A stretch of DNA of 63,767 nt, the filler included, from Lenisia limosa (lineage: Eukaryota; Protista; Breviatea), in NCBI GenBank assembly GCA_001655205.1. It is 15 parts of 15 records of this genome, joined end to end, with 100 filler letters (N's around TTAATTAATTAA, not from the genome) between each part and the next. Parts side by side here need not be neighbours in the genome. Positions count along the whole stretch, not along the records: positions 12,973 to 17,441 come from LPNZ01010376.1; positions 17,542 to 21,167 come from LPNZ01006278.1; positions 21,268 to 22,870 come from LPNZ01003923.1; positions 22,971 to 24,385 come from LPNZ01001067.1; positions 24,486 to 41,980 come from LPNZ01011462.1; 10 more parts are not named here. One strand, written 5' to 3'. This document shows positions 13,076 through 24,489 of the stretch, in pieces. The notes beneath the pieces were generated by a model that was not told where the DNA came from, searched no databases, and saw only the letters and a program-made list of their open reading frames with translations. Position 1 is the stretch's first letter. Each line of letters opens with the position of its first letter. Made by a program: the position numbers and the translations under genes.

Positions 13076-15044
13076 CCAATTCACAGAAACCTCTTTGATA
13101 GTTGGGACAAGGCATTTCAAATTTCTCTGGTTTGATCTACGTGTGAGTAATAGACAAAAAAAAAAAAGATGACAGAAGAAAAAAAAANNNNNNNNNNNNN
13201 NNNNNNNNNNNNNNNNNNNNNNNNNNNNNNNNNNNNNNNNNNNNNNNNNNNNNNNNNNNNNNNNNNNNNNNNNNNNNNNNNNNNNNNNNNNNNNNNNNNN
13301 NNNNNNNNNNNNNNNNNNNNNNNNNNNNNNNNNNNNNNGGTACCGATCTTTTTTGTTCGTTAAGATTCACCCAGACAAACATGAAGGAAAGGGCACTCGT
13401 GGTTTGTACAATCACCTGTGGGGTTAAAAAGGGCGAGACTATTTTGCAGTAAAGTCTCTTTTGAAAGATAAAGTCTCGATTGAAACTAGGATCAAGTGAA
13501 ACTAGGATCATAAAGATAGAGTCTTTATTGTAGCTAGGATCATAAAGATAAAGTCTCTATAGGATCATCAAGATAAAGTCTCTATTAAAACTAGGATCAT
13601 AAAGATCCGGCGGTCGTAATTTTGGGGGATGAACAGAGCTCTATGATGCAATACTGACTGTAAAGTCCTGACATGGATATTGAGTCAATCGTGTTGGGAG
13701 ATATACATATATATATGATGTACAATGTAATATACACAGTAACCGCGATAAGTGCTGGCATGGATATCGAGCTTTATCTTTAGTCAATTGTGTAAGGACG
13801 TAGCGGTGTACATTCAGTAAACGTTTGACAATAGACTCCATATGAACTCAGGGATATGTCGAAGTTTACAGTGAAATTAGTGGAGTAACTAATGCTAAAA
13901 TGTGAAATGCGACATAGCCCCTCCCTCCAACTGTATTGAGCAAAAAAGTAACACTCCGGCATTCGTGACTGTACGTATTGATGGAGGAACTCACAATCAT
14001 CGGTGTTCTTACAGAGGCCTTTGAGCCAATGCTTGCACACCACTCCTCCTCGATGGTGGTATTCTGGGGGGGGGGGNNNNNNNNNNNNNNNNNNNNNNNN
14101 NNNNNNNNNNNNNNNNNNNNNNNNNNNNNNNNNNNNNNNNNNNNNNNNNNNNAATAAAAAAAAGCCCAAATTAGGTACAATAAAAAAAAAAGCCCAAATT
14201 AGGTACAATTGGAATGAAATACAAAAAAGTTCACAATCAACTCTGTTTTATGAAAGAAGAGCCTGGGTGGGGCATGTTGACATAAGGGGGAGGGGTTAAA
14301 ACTGGATATGAAACAAAAAACCCAAAATCAACTCTTTTGGCTGATAACACACGGGTTGATAACAACAAACAAATAAAGCCCAGGAAAGGGGGTTATTTCA
14401 ATCAAAAAAAAAGGGGGTGGGGTGGAGGGTGAGTCACTCTGGGAACATGTGATTAACTTTGCGGGGGGAGGCACACAGAAAGCTGGAGGCACAAAGAAAT
14501 AAGGCAAATGATAGGGTGAATTAATCTGCAGGGGAGGGAAGCAGAAAGCTGTGTAAATAGTATTGTAATAGTATACAATAATCCAATATCTGCATGATGG
14601 GGTAGTGAGTGGTCTTGTATTAATGAGGTGACTATACTTCGAAACTGTGATGTGAAAATGTTGGCCAAAGTTTCAGCAGCAAAATGTTGACAATGAAGAA
14701 TAAAATAATTATCCCTCTTATCCAACACAACAGTTTATGATGTCTCATTGTGGATAGAGATATGTGACAGAGAGATGCGAAATAAAAAGGTTGTATCTGA
14801 CCAACGTCTACCGTATCACTCTTAAAAAGATAAAAATTATAGCATCAACCCGCTGGAATAGAAGGAAGGAGATCATGCATGATTGTGAACCCACGCATTT
14901 CTCTTGCTGGCGACAAGTGCCGCTCGAATTCAAGCCCAAGAATATCATTCTACGATTGTTAGAACACGGAACCGCCGGGAGAGGCCTTACCTTGTCGTCC
15001 CAGCCTCCACCGTTCTCCATGTGGACAAAGCGTTGGGCCATCAT
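13076..15044 (-). CDS. CPSF4: CPSF30/YTH1 CCCH zinc-finger protein, 3' part missing
   Basis: Exons 14063-13932 (VCKHWLKGLCKNTDDCEFLHQY..RMPECYFFAQY), 13415-13381 (DCTNHECPFLH) and 13136-13076 (IKPEKFEMPCPNYQRGFCEL) join in phase. Two upstream exons begin at ATG 15044/15041. Confidence 0.92.
13435..13612 (+). repeat. Family F dispersed, internally tandem repeat (AAACTAGGATCATAAAGATAAAGTCTC units)
   Basis: Several imperfect units here. Reverse-complement copies near 19895-19985 and 61105-61197. Confidence 0.65.
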
Positions 15045-15263
15045 CTTGATTATTCACGTTTGTTTATTAATATATAGTTTACACACTTCAAATACTCAAA
15101 AGGCCATGAGAGTTTCTTGGAACTATAAATGTCGATATTTTTTCGATATTTTCTCGATAAAAGTTCAAACCTTTATTCTGGGAAGCTTCTTGTTCAGGCC
15201 CTTTTTGATTTGCAGCTGGTTAGAACTTTACATAAAATTTAGCAGATTACATTGTTGGTCAAG

Positions 15264-17032
15264 ATGTTACAAGAAGATCTGAAGAGTCTTGTTTCCAAAA
15301 TTAAGTCTGCTAGCGCCTCACAGGTTGGTTTTGGATACATCTATTGAGCGATGGACTTATGAATAGGATAATGAAGAGATTATTCGCCTCCTCGAACTGT
15401 TTGAAGGAGTTACTATGACTCCTGAGCTTCTCAAAGTTTGTGGGGTGATCGCTCCGTTTCATGATAAAGCATTTTACAATGAAGGGGGGAACAAAAGGGG
15501 TTTATGATAAGGGGTGAAGGAGGGGCAATGTAAATGATAGGTAGAAATACACCAGAGGAACGAGTGATAAAGTTGAGATAGTGCTTCCATGGGATGTGGT
15601 GCTGCAGAGTCTGGCCTGGGCTTTCTTTGTTTTGTTGTTATCAACCCTCGTGTGTTATCAGCAAACAGAGTTGGTTTGGGCTTTTTTGTTTCATAAATTT
15701 TCCAATTTTTACCCCCTGCCCCAGCAGAGGCAAATGATTGTTTGTACGCTTTCTCATTTCAACACATCATACATCTTTGACAATATCCCCACCTGACTGT
15801 TTACCTTCACCCGTTGCAATACCTCGTGTGCAATGATTGGGGGAACACACGTATAGATATATATACCCGATATTGATATACAGTGACATGAATAAGTCTT
15901 GACCGATTTTCCTTGGGAAATCATGGAACAATTTATTCCGGTCACTGTATGTAATACGCGTGATGGTGTGGACGGCTTCAGCCAGATATAACCTTTTTTT
16001 TTATTACTACCTGTGATGTCCTGACACGGATATTGAGCTTAATCTTTTGTCAATCCTATATACCCTCACAATCCCAGTACACTTTCACCCCTTTAACAAC
16101 ATACAATTACAGATTGTGCAACATAAAGGTACTAAGAGAGTATATTTTTTCCCTGTGACCTTCCTTGTCAGTGTGGGGCAAATAATAACCCTCATCTTAA
16201 CTTGTTTTATTTATCATCTCTATCTGATCTGATATGTACCCTGACCTTACTAGTACACTGGCGCTGGCGTAATCATCAACCGCAAGGTGTATAAGACAGA
16301 TTGGTGCAGTGTCTCCCTCAAGAACAAATGCGACATTCTTTTGAAACAGTGGGCTGGCTGAAAGCAGGGTTGGGAAAGTTGTCTCGGATACCCGAAGCAA
16401 GCTATTCTGTATACACGTCATGTTGAACGTGAATCACGCCACTTTTACCTCTTTTACTCCTTTCTCAAAATCGACAAGGAGTCATTTTCAATACAGAATA
16501 AAATAATATACACTAATCACTCTCATTATTCTTTGATAATAAATCTGCTATTTGAGACAACTTTCCCATTTAATATTATGCTTTGAGGGGAGATAGGGCT
16601 ATATTACCGGATACCCGGGTCCAGATCCTGAAAGGAAGGCGAAGATGGTGGATATATATAGCTTGTGAAGATTATGATGATTGGAATGATAAAGATGGGT
16701 TGTGGTGAAGATATAAGTAGGGCTCTGTGCAATTAATTTTGAAGAAAATAATTGACAAAATTTGAAATTAAAGTGTCTGTAATTGAGTTTACATAACATT
16801 ATGCTGCGCTTCAAATTGTGTAATTATTTTTTCAATTAATTACACGGAGCTCTCAATATAAGATTTGGAGTGTTGTGAAAATGCTGACTAGTTATAGCTT
16901 TCCGCATAACTCTAAGACAGGTATAATGAACAATATATCAAGTATTTTGAAGGGGGTGATCAGACAAAGTTGTTTTTGACGACTTTTAGGTGGAGGAAGG
17001 ATTGCCAGCCTGAAAAGAAGAAACCTGTAAAG
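15264..17032 (+). CDS. TFIIS N-terminal (LW) domain protein, 5' part
   Basis: Exons 15264-15323, 15367-15435 (IIRLLELFEGVTMTPELLK), 16254-16348 (YTGAGVIINRKVYK..LLK) and 16990-17032 (QWRKDCQPEKKKPVK). Matches the L..L....T..LL..T.+G..+N....L+..W pattern. Confidence 0.75.
15590..15727 (+). mobile_element. Family B element, near full length, nested inside TFIIS intron 2
   Basis: GGGATGTGGTGCTGCAGAGTCTGGCCTGGGCTTTCTTTGTTTTGTTGTTATCAACCCTCGTGTGTTATCAGCAAACAGAGTTGG..CATAAATTTTCCAATTTTTACCCCCTGCCCCAG. Confidence 0.8.
15881..15947. mobile_element. Tc1/mariner-type MITE (family D)
   Basis: CAGTGAC..GTCACTG termini flanked by TA on both sides. Confidence 0.75.
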
Positions 17033-17541
17033 GTTCGTAGCTTTCACTTCGGTTCGAAAAAAGACGGAATTTCAAGATAAATTCTCGAAAACTATCGATA
17101 ATTCCCCGTTTTTTTTCGAACCGAAGTGAAGCCCTCCCTAGTTGCTTACCTTTTTTTCTTTCTTATGGATTCTTGTAATATTACTTTTTACGTGATGGTG
17201 GACGGTTTTAGGCTGATGCATGATATATCTTAAATATTTCTCCTGTTTATGCATCACAGTTTCCTTACGTTAATGATGGGATGGTGTACTGCTTGGGCTT
17301 CACTTCGGTTCGAAAAAAACCGGGAATATATTGATCATTTTCGACGATTTATCGAGACATTCAGTCTTTTTTCGAACCGAAACAGGCCTGGGCTTTGTTT
17401 GTTTTTTTATTTTAAACCCTTGTGTGTTCCCCCCCCCCCCCNNNNNNNNNNNNNNNNNNNNNNNNNNNNNNNNNNNNNNNNNNNNTTAATTAATTAANNN
17501 NNNNNNNNNNNNNNNNNNNNNNNNNNNNNNNNNNNNNNNNN

Positions 17542-18422
17542 ACCGATCAGTGCTCCCTCAGCCTGGCCCCTCTCATCTCCGGAGACCACCTCAAGACTGA
17601 AAACCATGAGTTCAGAATCCAGGTAGGTCTAGAAATTATATAAATAGATCTAGAGAAACATAAGAATACAAAGGGATACGATAAACAAATCACCATAATT
17701 ATCATTTTCTTCGGGATAATAACATAGCAAATCGGTCAAGACTTATCCCAGTCACTATATATCGTATAACAAATCGGCCAAGACTTATCCCAGTCACTGT
17801 ATGTCACATAGCAAATCGGCCAAGACTTATCCTGGTCACTGTGTATCACATAGCAAATCGGTCAACACTAACCCTGGTCACTGTATATTGACACCCTCCC
17901 AAACACACACATCCACGAAGCGTGATTTCGTTTTTGGTGGTTGTTGCCGCTGATTATAATAGAATTAGTTATTTCCAATCTCTATGTAAACACACATTCA
18001 CATTAAAGCTTTGTAATTTTAATATATTATACCCCCCAGGTCCTTTCCAACTCACGCCGCGCGGGATACCTCATTGGGTCCGCCCGTATAATCAAGGCCT
18101 GAGCTTCTTTAATTATGTAGTGTTTTTGATAAAGTATTTGTTCTTTGTTTTGCAATGGATTGGGGGGACAAAATCCGCGTATACGGCGATTTGAGTAGGG
18201 GTGGGGGGTTATATGTTTTTTTGTTGATCACAATTTCTGAAGGGACACCCACGTGGGCTCATTCTTCATTCTATTTTCAGGTTTTTCAAGTTTCGTCTCC
18301 AACTATAATGATTATCATTATGGTTCGGATAATGATGATCAGGCACGTGAATTTGGATATGGTGCTGAATCTTCTTGGTATGACCCAAGTTCATCAGAGC
18401 AACACCTGTCACAGCCACTTTA
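17542..18422 (+). CDS. Hypothetical protein, 3' part
   Basis: Exons about 17542-17621, about 18039-18084, and a terminal exon FSSFVSNYNDYHYGSDNDDQAREFGYGAESSWYDPSSSEQHLSQPL ending in TAA. Confidence 0.45.
17725..17890. repeat. Tandem array of four family D half-elements (about 43-bp unit)
   Basis: ATAGCAAATCGGTCAAGACTTATCCCAGTCACTG-type unit repeated four times. Confidence 0.85.
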
Positions 18423-18633
18423 AGGCCGAGGGCGTCGGTGCCATTTGTGGCCTCGAGGTCTGCGTTGTCGCCCTTTGGAGAGCCTATTGTAAAACGAACA
18501 AAGTGTCGTAGAAAGCAACGACAATCTCCCGACACAGCAAGAATCATGAATCAAATAAATTACTTCTACATTACCCAGCTGAAAACAGCATCTTCTTAAC
18601 AACACAAGTCAATCACAACTTGGTGTTGGCAGA

Positions 18634-21167
18634 TCAGAAATACGGCAATTTGAGCAAGGCTGCGGCAGCGAGAATGAGGAGCACCTCGCTGTACTCAAAT
18701 ACGTCCACTGCTTCCCCGGCCTGGAGTGGGTCATGTGGAAAATTTATGGGAAAAGAGCCACAAATCAACTCTGTTGGCTGACAACACACTAGGGTTAAAA
18801 ACAAAACAAACAAAGCCCAGGCCAGTCACTTCTGCAGANNNNNNNNNNNNNNNNNNNNNNNNNNNNNNNNNNNNNNNNNNNNNNNNNNNNNNNNNNNNNN
18901 NNNNNNNNNNAAGAGCAAGGATGGGAGCAAGACGCATTATGAAGGGCAACGACACAATCGCGCGTGCCAATAACTGGGGGGTAAGATATATAATATATTA
19001 TATGATATACTAGTACATGTTATACTATATCATATACTAGTAGTATTACAAATGCATATCATATAGTATATCATAGTATATCATAGAGATGAGAAATAAA
19101 AATATAACAATAATATGATCTATGTTTAGAAGAGAAGAGTAAATCATAAGACGGGAGGGTGAAATCAACAACAAGAGGGAATATGACATGTCAGAAACAA
19201 AAAAAAAGGGGGGGGGTCTCACCAGGTTGTCGAGGAAAATAGACTTGAAAACGATCAACGCCACAATGACTGCGGCTCCTATCGGAACATTCGAAAAGAC
19301 CAGGCCAATACAAACGGGCAGCCAAACGTGTGACAGGTACTAGATTGTCAGACCAATGGGTACGCTTTGGTTTATATTAGGGCTTCCCTACAATCCGAAA
19401 AAGACAGGTAAAATATCGATATTTATTGAGGGTTTATCGAGATCTTCCTTCTTTTTTTTGGGACCGAATGGAATCTATTGAGATCTAAACAGCATTTAGC
19501 ATCACAATAGAGTACTCATCAGGTGCAGATGTATCATGACGAGGGCTTCCCAGCGGTCCAAAAAAGACCGTCAAAATATCGATATTTATCGAGGATTTAT
19601 CGAGAGATTCGGTCGTTTTGGGGATCGGAGAAGCCCTAATCATGACCCCCCCCCCCAGGCCCNNNNNNNNNNNNNNNNNNNNNNNNNNNNNNNNNNNNNN
19701 NNNNNNNNNNNNNNNNNNNNNNNNNNNNNNNNNNNNNNNNACTTTTTCTGGACCCATCCGAGGCCAATAGCCAGTGTTTCAATTGAATTGGAAATGGCTA
19801 GGCATCCGAGCCAGACTGTAGGGTCAGGAAGCGGTTTGAAAGCAGGAGTAAATATGCATATCATATGCTTTACGTTAAATACAGTATTGTGTAGTATGAT
19901 CCTAGTTTCATTAGACTGCAAAAAACAGCAAACACAAAAAAAGGGAACTCTATGCTCATAGTCAATAGACTTTACTGTAAAAAATATTGGAGAGACAAGT
20001 CAATATATGATAGGGATATCATTACAATTGTGCAGTCAAGTCTGTATATTGAAATTAGGATCATAAAGATCCTGCGATTACCACATATAATATCATATAC
20101 GCTAGGCTAGCTAGAATATATAGGTCAAGACCATATTTGAATGCAGACCAAAATCATATTTCAATGTCTTTTATTGGGAATATCAGAATTGATATTTACG
20201 TTAATTAAAATAAGATTACCATTAGGGCTTCACTTGATTCGAAAAAGACCGGTACAATGTCGATAGTTTCGAGGATTTATCGAGAAATTCAGTCTTTTTT
20301 TAACCGAAGTGAAGCTCTAATTACCATGTGTAGAAAGCTAATCCCTCTCACCTCCTCCATAGAAAATCAGGTCGGGTGATGGGCCCAGAAACACAACAGT
20401 CGAGGAAAACGTAACAATGGTCATGGTGAAGGTGACAGTGGTGGAGTGCACCATCATTCGAACTGAACTGTCATGGAAGACGACGCTACAAACATAGTAT
20501 TATATAGAAATGAGAAAAAACAAAGGTTGTCGAAACCGTCCATAACATCACGCTTATAAGAGATATTGGATTATAGTCCGAAGCCGTCCACACCATCACG
20601 CCTATCAGAGATATTGGAAAGTGATGATAGTGATTATTTGAATTAAGTAGTTATGGAAGTTGATTGTGGTGAACGTTGAAAAAAAAAAAAAAAAAANNNN
20701 NNNNNNNNNNNNNNNNNNNNNNNNNNNNNNNNNNNNNNNNNNNNNNNNNNNNNNNNNNNNNNNNNNNNNNNNNNNNNNNNNNNNNNNNNNNNNNNNNNNN
20801 NNNNNNNNNNNNNNNNNNNNNNNNNNNNNNNNNNNNNNATCATCCAATCGGTTCCAGAAGACAACCCGAGTGGTTTTAGCGATATTTGGCCTCACGTCGA
20901 GAGTGTAAGTCTGGTGAAACTTAGAGCCTTTGAAATTGATGGATTATTTTGAAAACCAGATTGAAACTCAGGTGAAAGATCTGTCGTTAGTGTTACATTT
21001 AAGTGGATATGAGAGGAAGGAAGAATAGTAAGAAGAAAAAGATGATGAAGAAGAAAAACAAGAACAAAAAGCAGTACCAAGATAAAGACAAAAAATTCAT
21101 ACCTGGTTCATGAAAACTGGCAACACAAGAATGGAAGGAGATGCATTGGTGGGCATAAGGTCGAAGA
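18634..21167 (-). CDS. Multi-pass membrane protein, 3' part (weak ZIP transporter resemblance)
   Basis: Hydrophobic exons include VWLGCLAISNSIETLAIGLGW, YLSHVWLPVCIGLVFSNVPIGAAVIVALIVFKSIF and LLARAIVSLPFIMRLAPILAL. Terminal exon AGEAVDVFEYSEVLLILAAAALLKLPYF ends in TGA. Confidence 0.5.
18721..18838 (-). mobile_element. Family B element forming an intron acceptor
   Basis: Minus strand GCAGAAGTGACTGGCCTGGGCTTTGTTTG..CCAACAGAGTTGATTT..CATAAATTTTCCACATGACCCACTCCAG directly abuts the terminal exon. Confidence 0.8.
19541..19638. mobile_element. hAT-type MITE (family A) with 8-bp TSD
   Basis: GAGGGCTTC..GAAGCCCTA termini. ATCATGAC at 19533-19540 and 19639-19646. Confidence 0.85.
20223..20319. mobile_element. 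hAT-type MITE (family A) with 8-bp TSD
   Basis: TAGGGCTTCAC..GTGAAGCTCTA termini. ATTACCAT at 20215-20222 and 20320-20327. Confidence 0.88.
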
Positions 21168-21439
21168 NNNNNNNNNNNNNNNNNNNNNNNNNNNNNNNNN
21201 NNNNNNNNNNNTTAATTAATTAANNNNNNNNNNNNNNNNNNNNNNNNNNNNNNNNNNNNNNNNNNNNGCACGCAGAAAGCTGTGTGCACAGAGTTGTAAG
21301 GCAAATGATTGGGTGAATTAATATTATTATATTCAATATCACTTATTAGCGTGATGGTGTGGACCTTACTCTGCTTTATAATGCTATTTTCTTCTTTTAT
21401 TACAACGGCAGTCCTTTTATCCCGAGTTAATCCATGGGA

Positions 21440-22682
21440 TTAACGCGTGTCGCTGCGATACTCCAGGACATGAAATCCGTTCCTTCATGTGCCAATCTTG
21501 CCTTTCTGGTAAGAATGTTTTTCTTCTCTTCCCACTATTTGATAATATTATTCTGTTTTTAAAAAAAGAAAAATAGTTGAATTAGTTATTGGGTTTAGTT
21601 TTACTATGGAGTTTTTGAGGATTTATCGAGAAATTCAGTATTTTTTTTAAACAGAACTGAAGTCCTACTTGGGTTGCTTTTGTTCAAATCTGCTTTATTT
21701 ACCAACTGCTTCCATCAAGCCACCCCAAGATTTTGAAAAAAAACAGAATCAACCATAGCATTGATAATCAACCTCACAGCCGATGCAGGTCGTTCCATAT
21801 ATTTATTTCCACCCCTCTNNNNNNNNNNNNNNNNNNNNNNNNNNNNNNNNNNNNNNNNNNNNNNNNNNNNNNNNNNNNNNNNNNNNNNNNNNNNNNNNNN
21901 NNNNNNNNNNNNNNNNNNNNNNNNGCGTACGTCACATGTACGCTGATTCAGAAACACCCTGTCAGCGCTGTAACCCAAAATACGCCGACAGCTTGACGAG
22001 ATGCCTCCAGTGCCCTGCGGGCATGTTTGTTCCTGATGGGAATGTTGCTGATGGAATAGGATCATGGTATGCTGGGGGGGGGGCATTTTCTGAAAATTAT
22101 TCTTCTATGAAAGTTAACCAGGCTACAAGCACACAATTACTTCTACCAATTTTTTCATTTCAATATATATGGAGAGGGGAGGTGGGCGTATAAAGGACGT
22201 TCCAAGTATTTACCCCCCTCATGACCTGTATGAGTCTTTTTTGTTTTTGAACCGAAGTGAAGCCCTGGTTTCAGTTCTACTAACACAACTACTTTACGGA
22301 TCTCTTATGAAGTGTTTCAAGACGCTTCAATTTCTTTTATAATATACAAGGAAAAATAGTGAATGATCGTTGTTAACATTCTCACAATCATTCATCTAAC
22401 CCCTCATGACCTGTATGAGTCTTTTTTAAAGCCATGGTTTCACTTGTGGATCTTTCAGGAAGTGTTTAAATTAGAGCTTCTAAAAAGACTAAAATCTAGA
22501 TACATCTTCAATAAATATCGATATTTTTTCTGCCTTTTTGAACCTTTAGTGAAATCCTGAGCACAAAGATTTCCTGAAGCCCTGAACACAAATTACATAC
22601 GCTTCGTCTTCCTAACACTGCAGTGAATGCTTACCAGGCCATGAGTACACGGCGTCCTCTATTTGCGAACCTTGTCAACCAG
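21440..22682 (+). CDS. Cysteine-rich repeat surface protein (GCC2/GCC3 or TNFR-like repeats), internal exons
   Basis: CRCDTPGHEIRSFMCQSCLSG, PCQRCNPKYADSLTRCLQCPAGMF and ECLPGHEYTASSICEPCQPG: repeated C..C..G pattern with GT/AG boundaries. Confidence 0.65.
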
Positions 22683-23006
22683 GTATGATGTGGTGTATTA
22701 TATGATGGCTACTCTTATGAGAGGGGATGTGCATATAATATTTATGAGGGGAACTTGACGGGGTTGAAATAAGGCTTCACTTCAGGTCGAAAAAAGACTG
22801 AATTTCTCGATAAATCGTCGAAAACTATCGATATTGTATCGGACTTTTTCGAAACGAAGTGGAGCACTAGNNNNNNNNNNNNNNNNNNNNNNNNNNNNNN
22901 NNNNNNNNNNNNNNTTAATTAATTAANNNNNNNNNNNNNNNNNNNNNNNNNNNNNNNNNNNNNNNNNNNNCACAGATACAGCTGGTGAAGGAAGCAGTCG
23001 ACTCAC

Positions 23007-24385
23007 CGGACGTCTCTCAAGTGACCGATGTTGCGGGTTCGCACGAGGGAGAGAATGACAATGTCGTTCTGTTGTCCCTGGTACTCATCCACAGTGGCAA
23101 TGCGATGTGGGAAGCCGAAGAGGGGGTTATGGGCACAACGTCTGGACACGACATTCTTGAGCAGGGACTTTTGTCCGTTGTAGGTGGTGATGATGGAAAT
23201 GCGCTCGGCAGGATAGCTACAGTGTTAACTATAATAAACCCAATAAGACTGTGGTTGGGGAAGAGGTTGAGCGCTCACCCAATAAGTCTCAGGTACTGGT
23301 AAAGGGCAACACAGTATTCAGCTTCACCAGCATTCTGAACAGTGACGCAATAATTCAGTTCTTACTATAAAGCAAGTTTTGAAGTGTAGCAAATTCAACA
23401 AAAACACCCCCCTCATTTGAACATAACTATCCCAAACACGCGCAACTCACCTGATAGAAGTAGGGGGTCGGCTGAGTCTCACCGCGACCGTTATAGTCCT
23501 CGACGTTGATTGCCTGGAAGGAGTGGCACAGGCCGGGATTGGCGTGCTCGTAGTCTCCAACGTGGACGTGAGGAAGGTTACCTAGGGAGGGTGTAACACA
23601 AAGTCCATCCCATGCAACCTATGGAGGAAAACAACAATAAAGAAAACTGAGAAATGTTGAGCCAATTAACATGATCATTTGGCCTACCAAGTCCGGGATA
23701 TCTCCAGTTGTAAAGCGCCGCGATCTCAGGTCTTGAACGACCTTGAGCATCCAGAAGATGGTACGGCTAGGTTGTGAGACATGCAAGCAACCGGACTGAC
23801 GAGTTTATAAAATCCCGCATACGACACCAAGCTTGACGAGACGAGCGAAGCAAGACTGGCCGAGACAGGCGTGCTTTTGCAGAGCCAAGTTCTGCACAAC
23901 AGGTGGCAGCTGGTTGTGATCTCCAATCATGACAAGGCGCTTGAGAGAGGAGGTACCAGTCCTGGGAGAATGAGGGCTGAAAATGGATATTGCTGTGTTC
24001 TGGCAGAAGTAAAGCACGCACTTTGGCTTCTCGAGGAGGAGGGGAATGAAGGTCTCAATATCGAGAACTTGGCCACCTTCTTCCATAATGATGTTGTCAA
24101 AGCCGATGCAGAGTTTGGCAATGTTCTGGAGGGTCAAAGGTTGTCAACAAAACATTGAATTCTAAAGCCCCACTCTCTGACCCCCCCTCCCCGTTCGCCA
24201 CAGACCTCACGAGACATGCCAGCATGGGTGAAGGTCATAGCAACAACCTAAAGAAGTGAGACCCTTGTAAATCATAGGTTGTGGAGATAAGCAAAAGTGG
24301 TGCAAGTTAAGGTTCCAATATTCGAACCTTGGTGAGACCAGTGAGGAGGCACTGTGTTCTGTGGTGCTGTGTCCTCATGACCTCG
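23007..24385 (-). CDS. AQR: Intron-binding spliceosomal helicase Aquarius, C-terminal helicase region
   Basis: Seven to eight in-phase exons: [107 protein letters not shown]. Confidence 0.95.
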
Positions 24386-24489
24386 NNNNNNNNNNNNNNN
24401 NNNNNNNNNNNNNNNNNNNNNNNNNNNNNTTAATTAATTAANNNNNNNNNNNNNNNNNNNNNNNNNNNNNNNNNNNNNNNNNNNNTGGC

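Noticed and set aside
16349-16361. TFIIS-N protein ending WAG-stop at 16361
   Set aside because: A GTGGG donor at 16349 and the in-phase exon at 16990 give the better LLKQWRK ending.
17038-17135. Family A palindromes as terminators or ncRNA genes
   Set aside because: 8-bp target-site duplications at other copies and the dispersed intronic distribution indicate a MITE.
2528-20908. Many ORFs in the supplied track (X-containing or repeat-derived)
   Set aside because: They are open only because they cross N-gaps, microsatellites or AT-rich repeats.
13076-24385. Apparent cluster of RNA-processing genes (CPSF30, TFIIS-like, Aquarius)
   Set aside because: Aquarius is on a different scaffold, and order across linkers is arbitrary.
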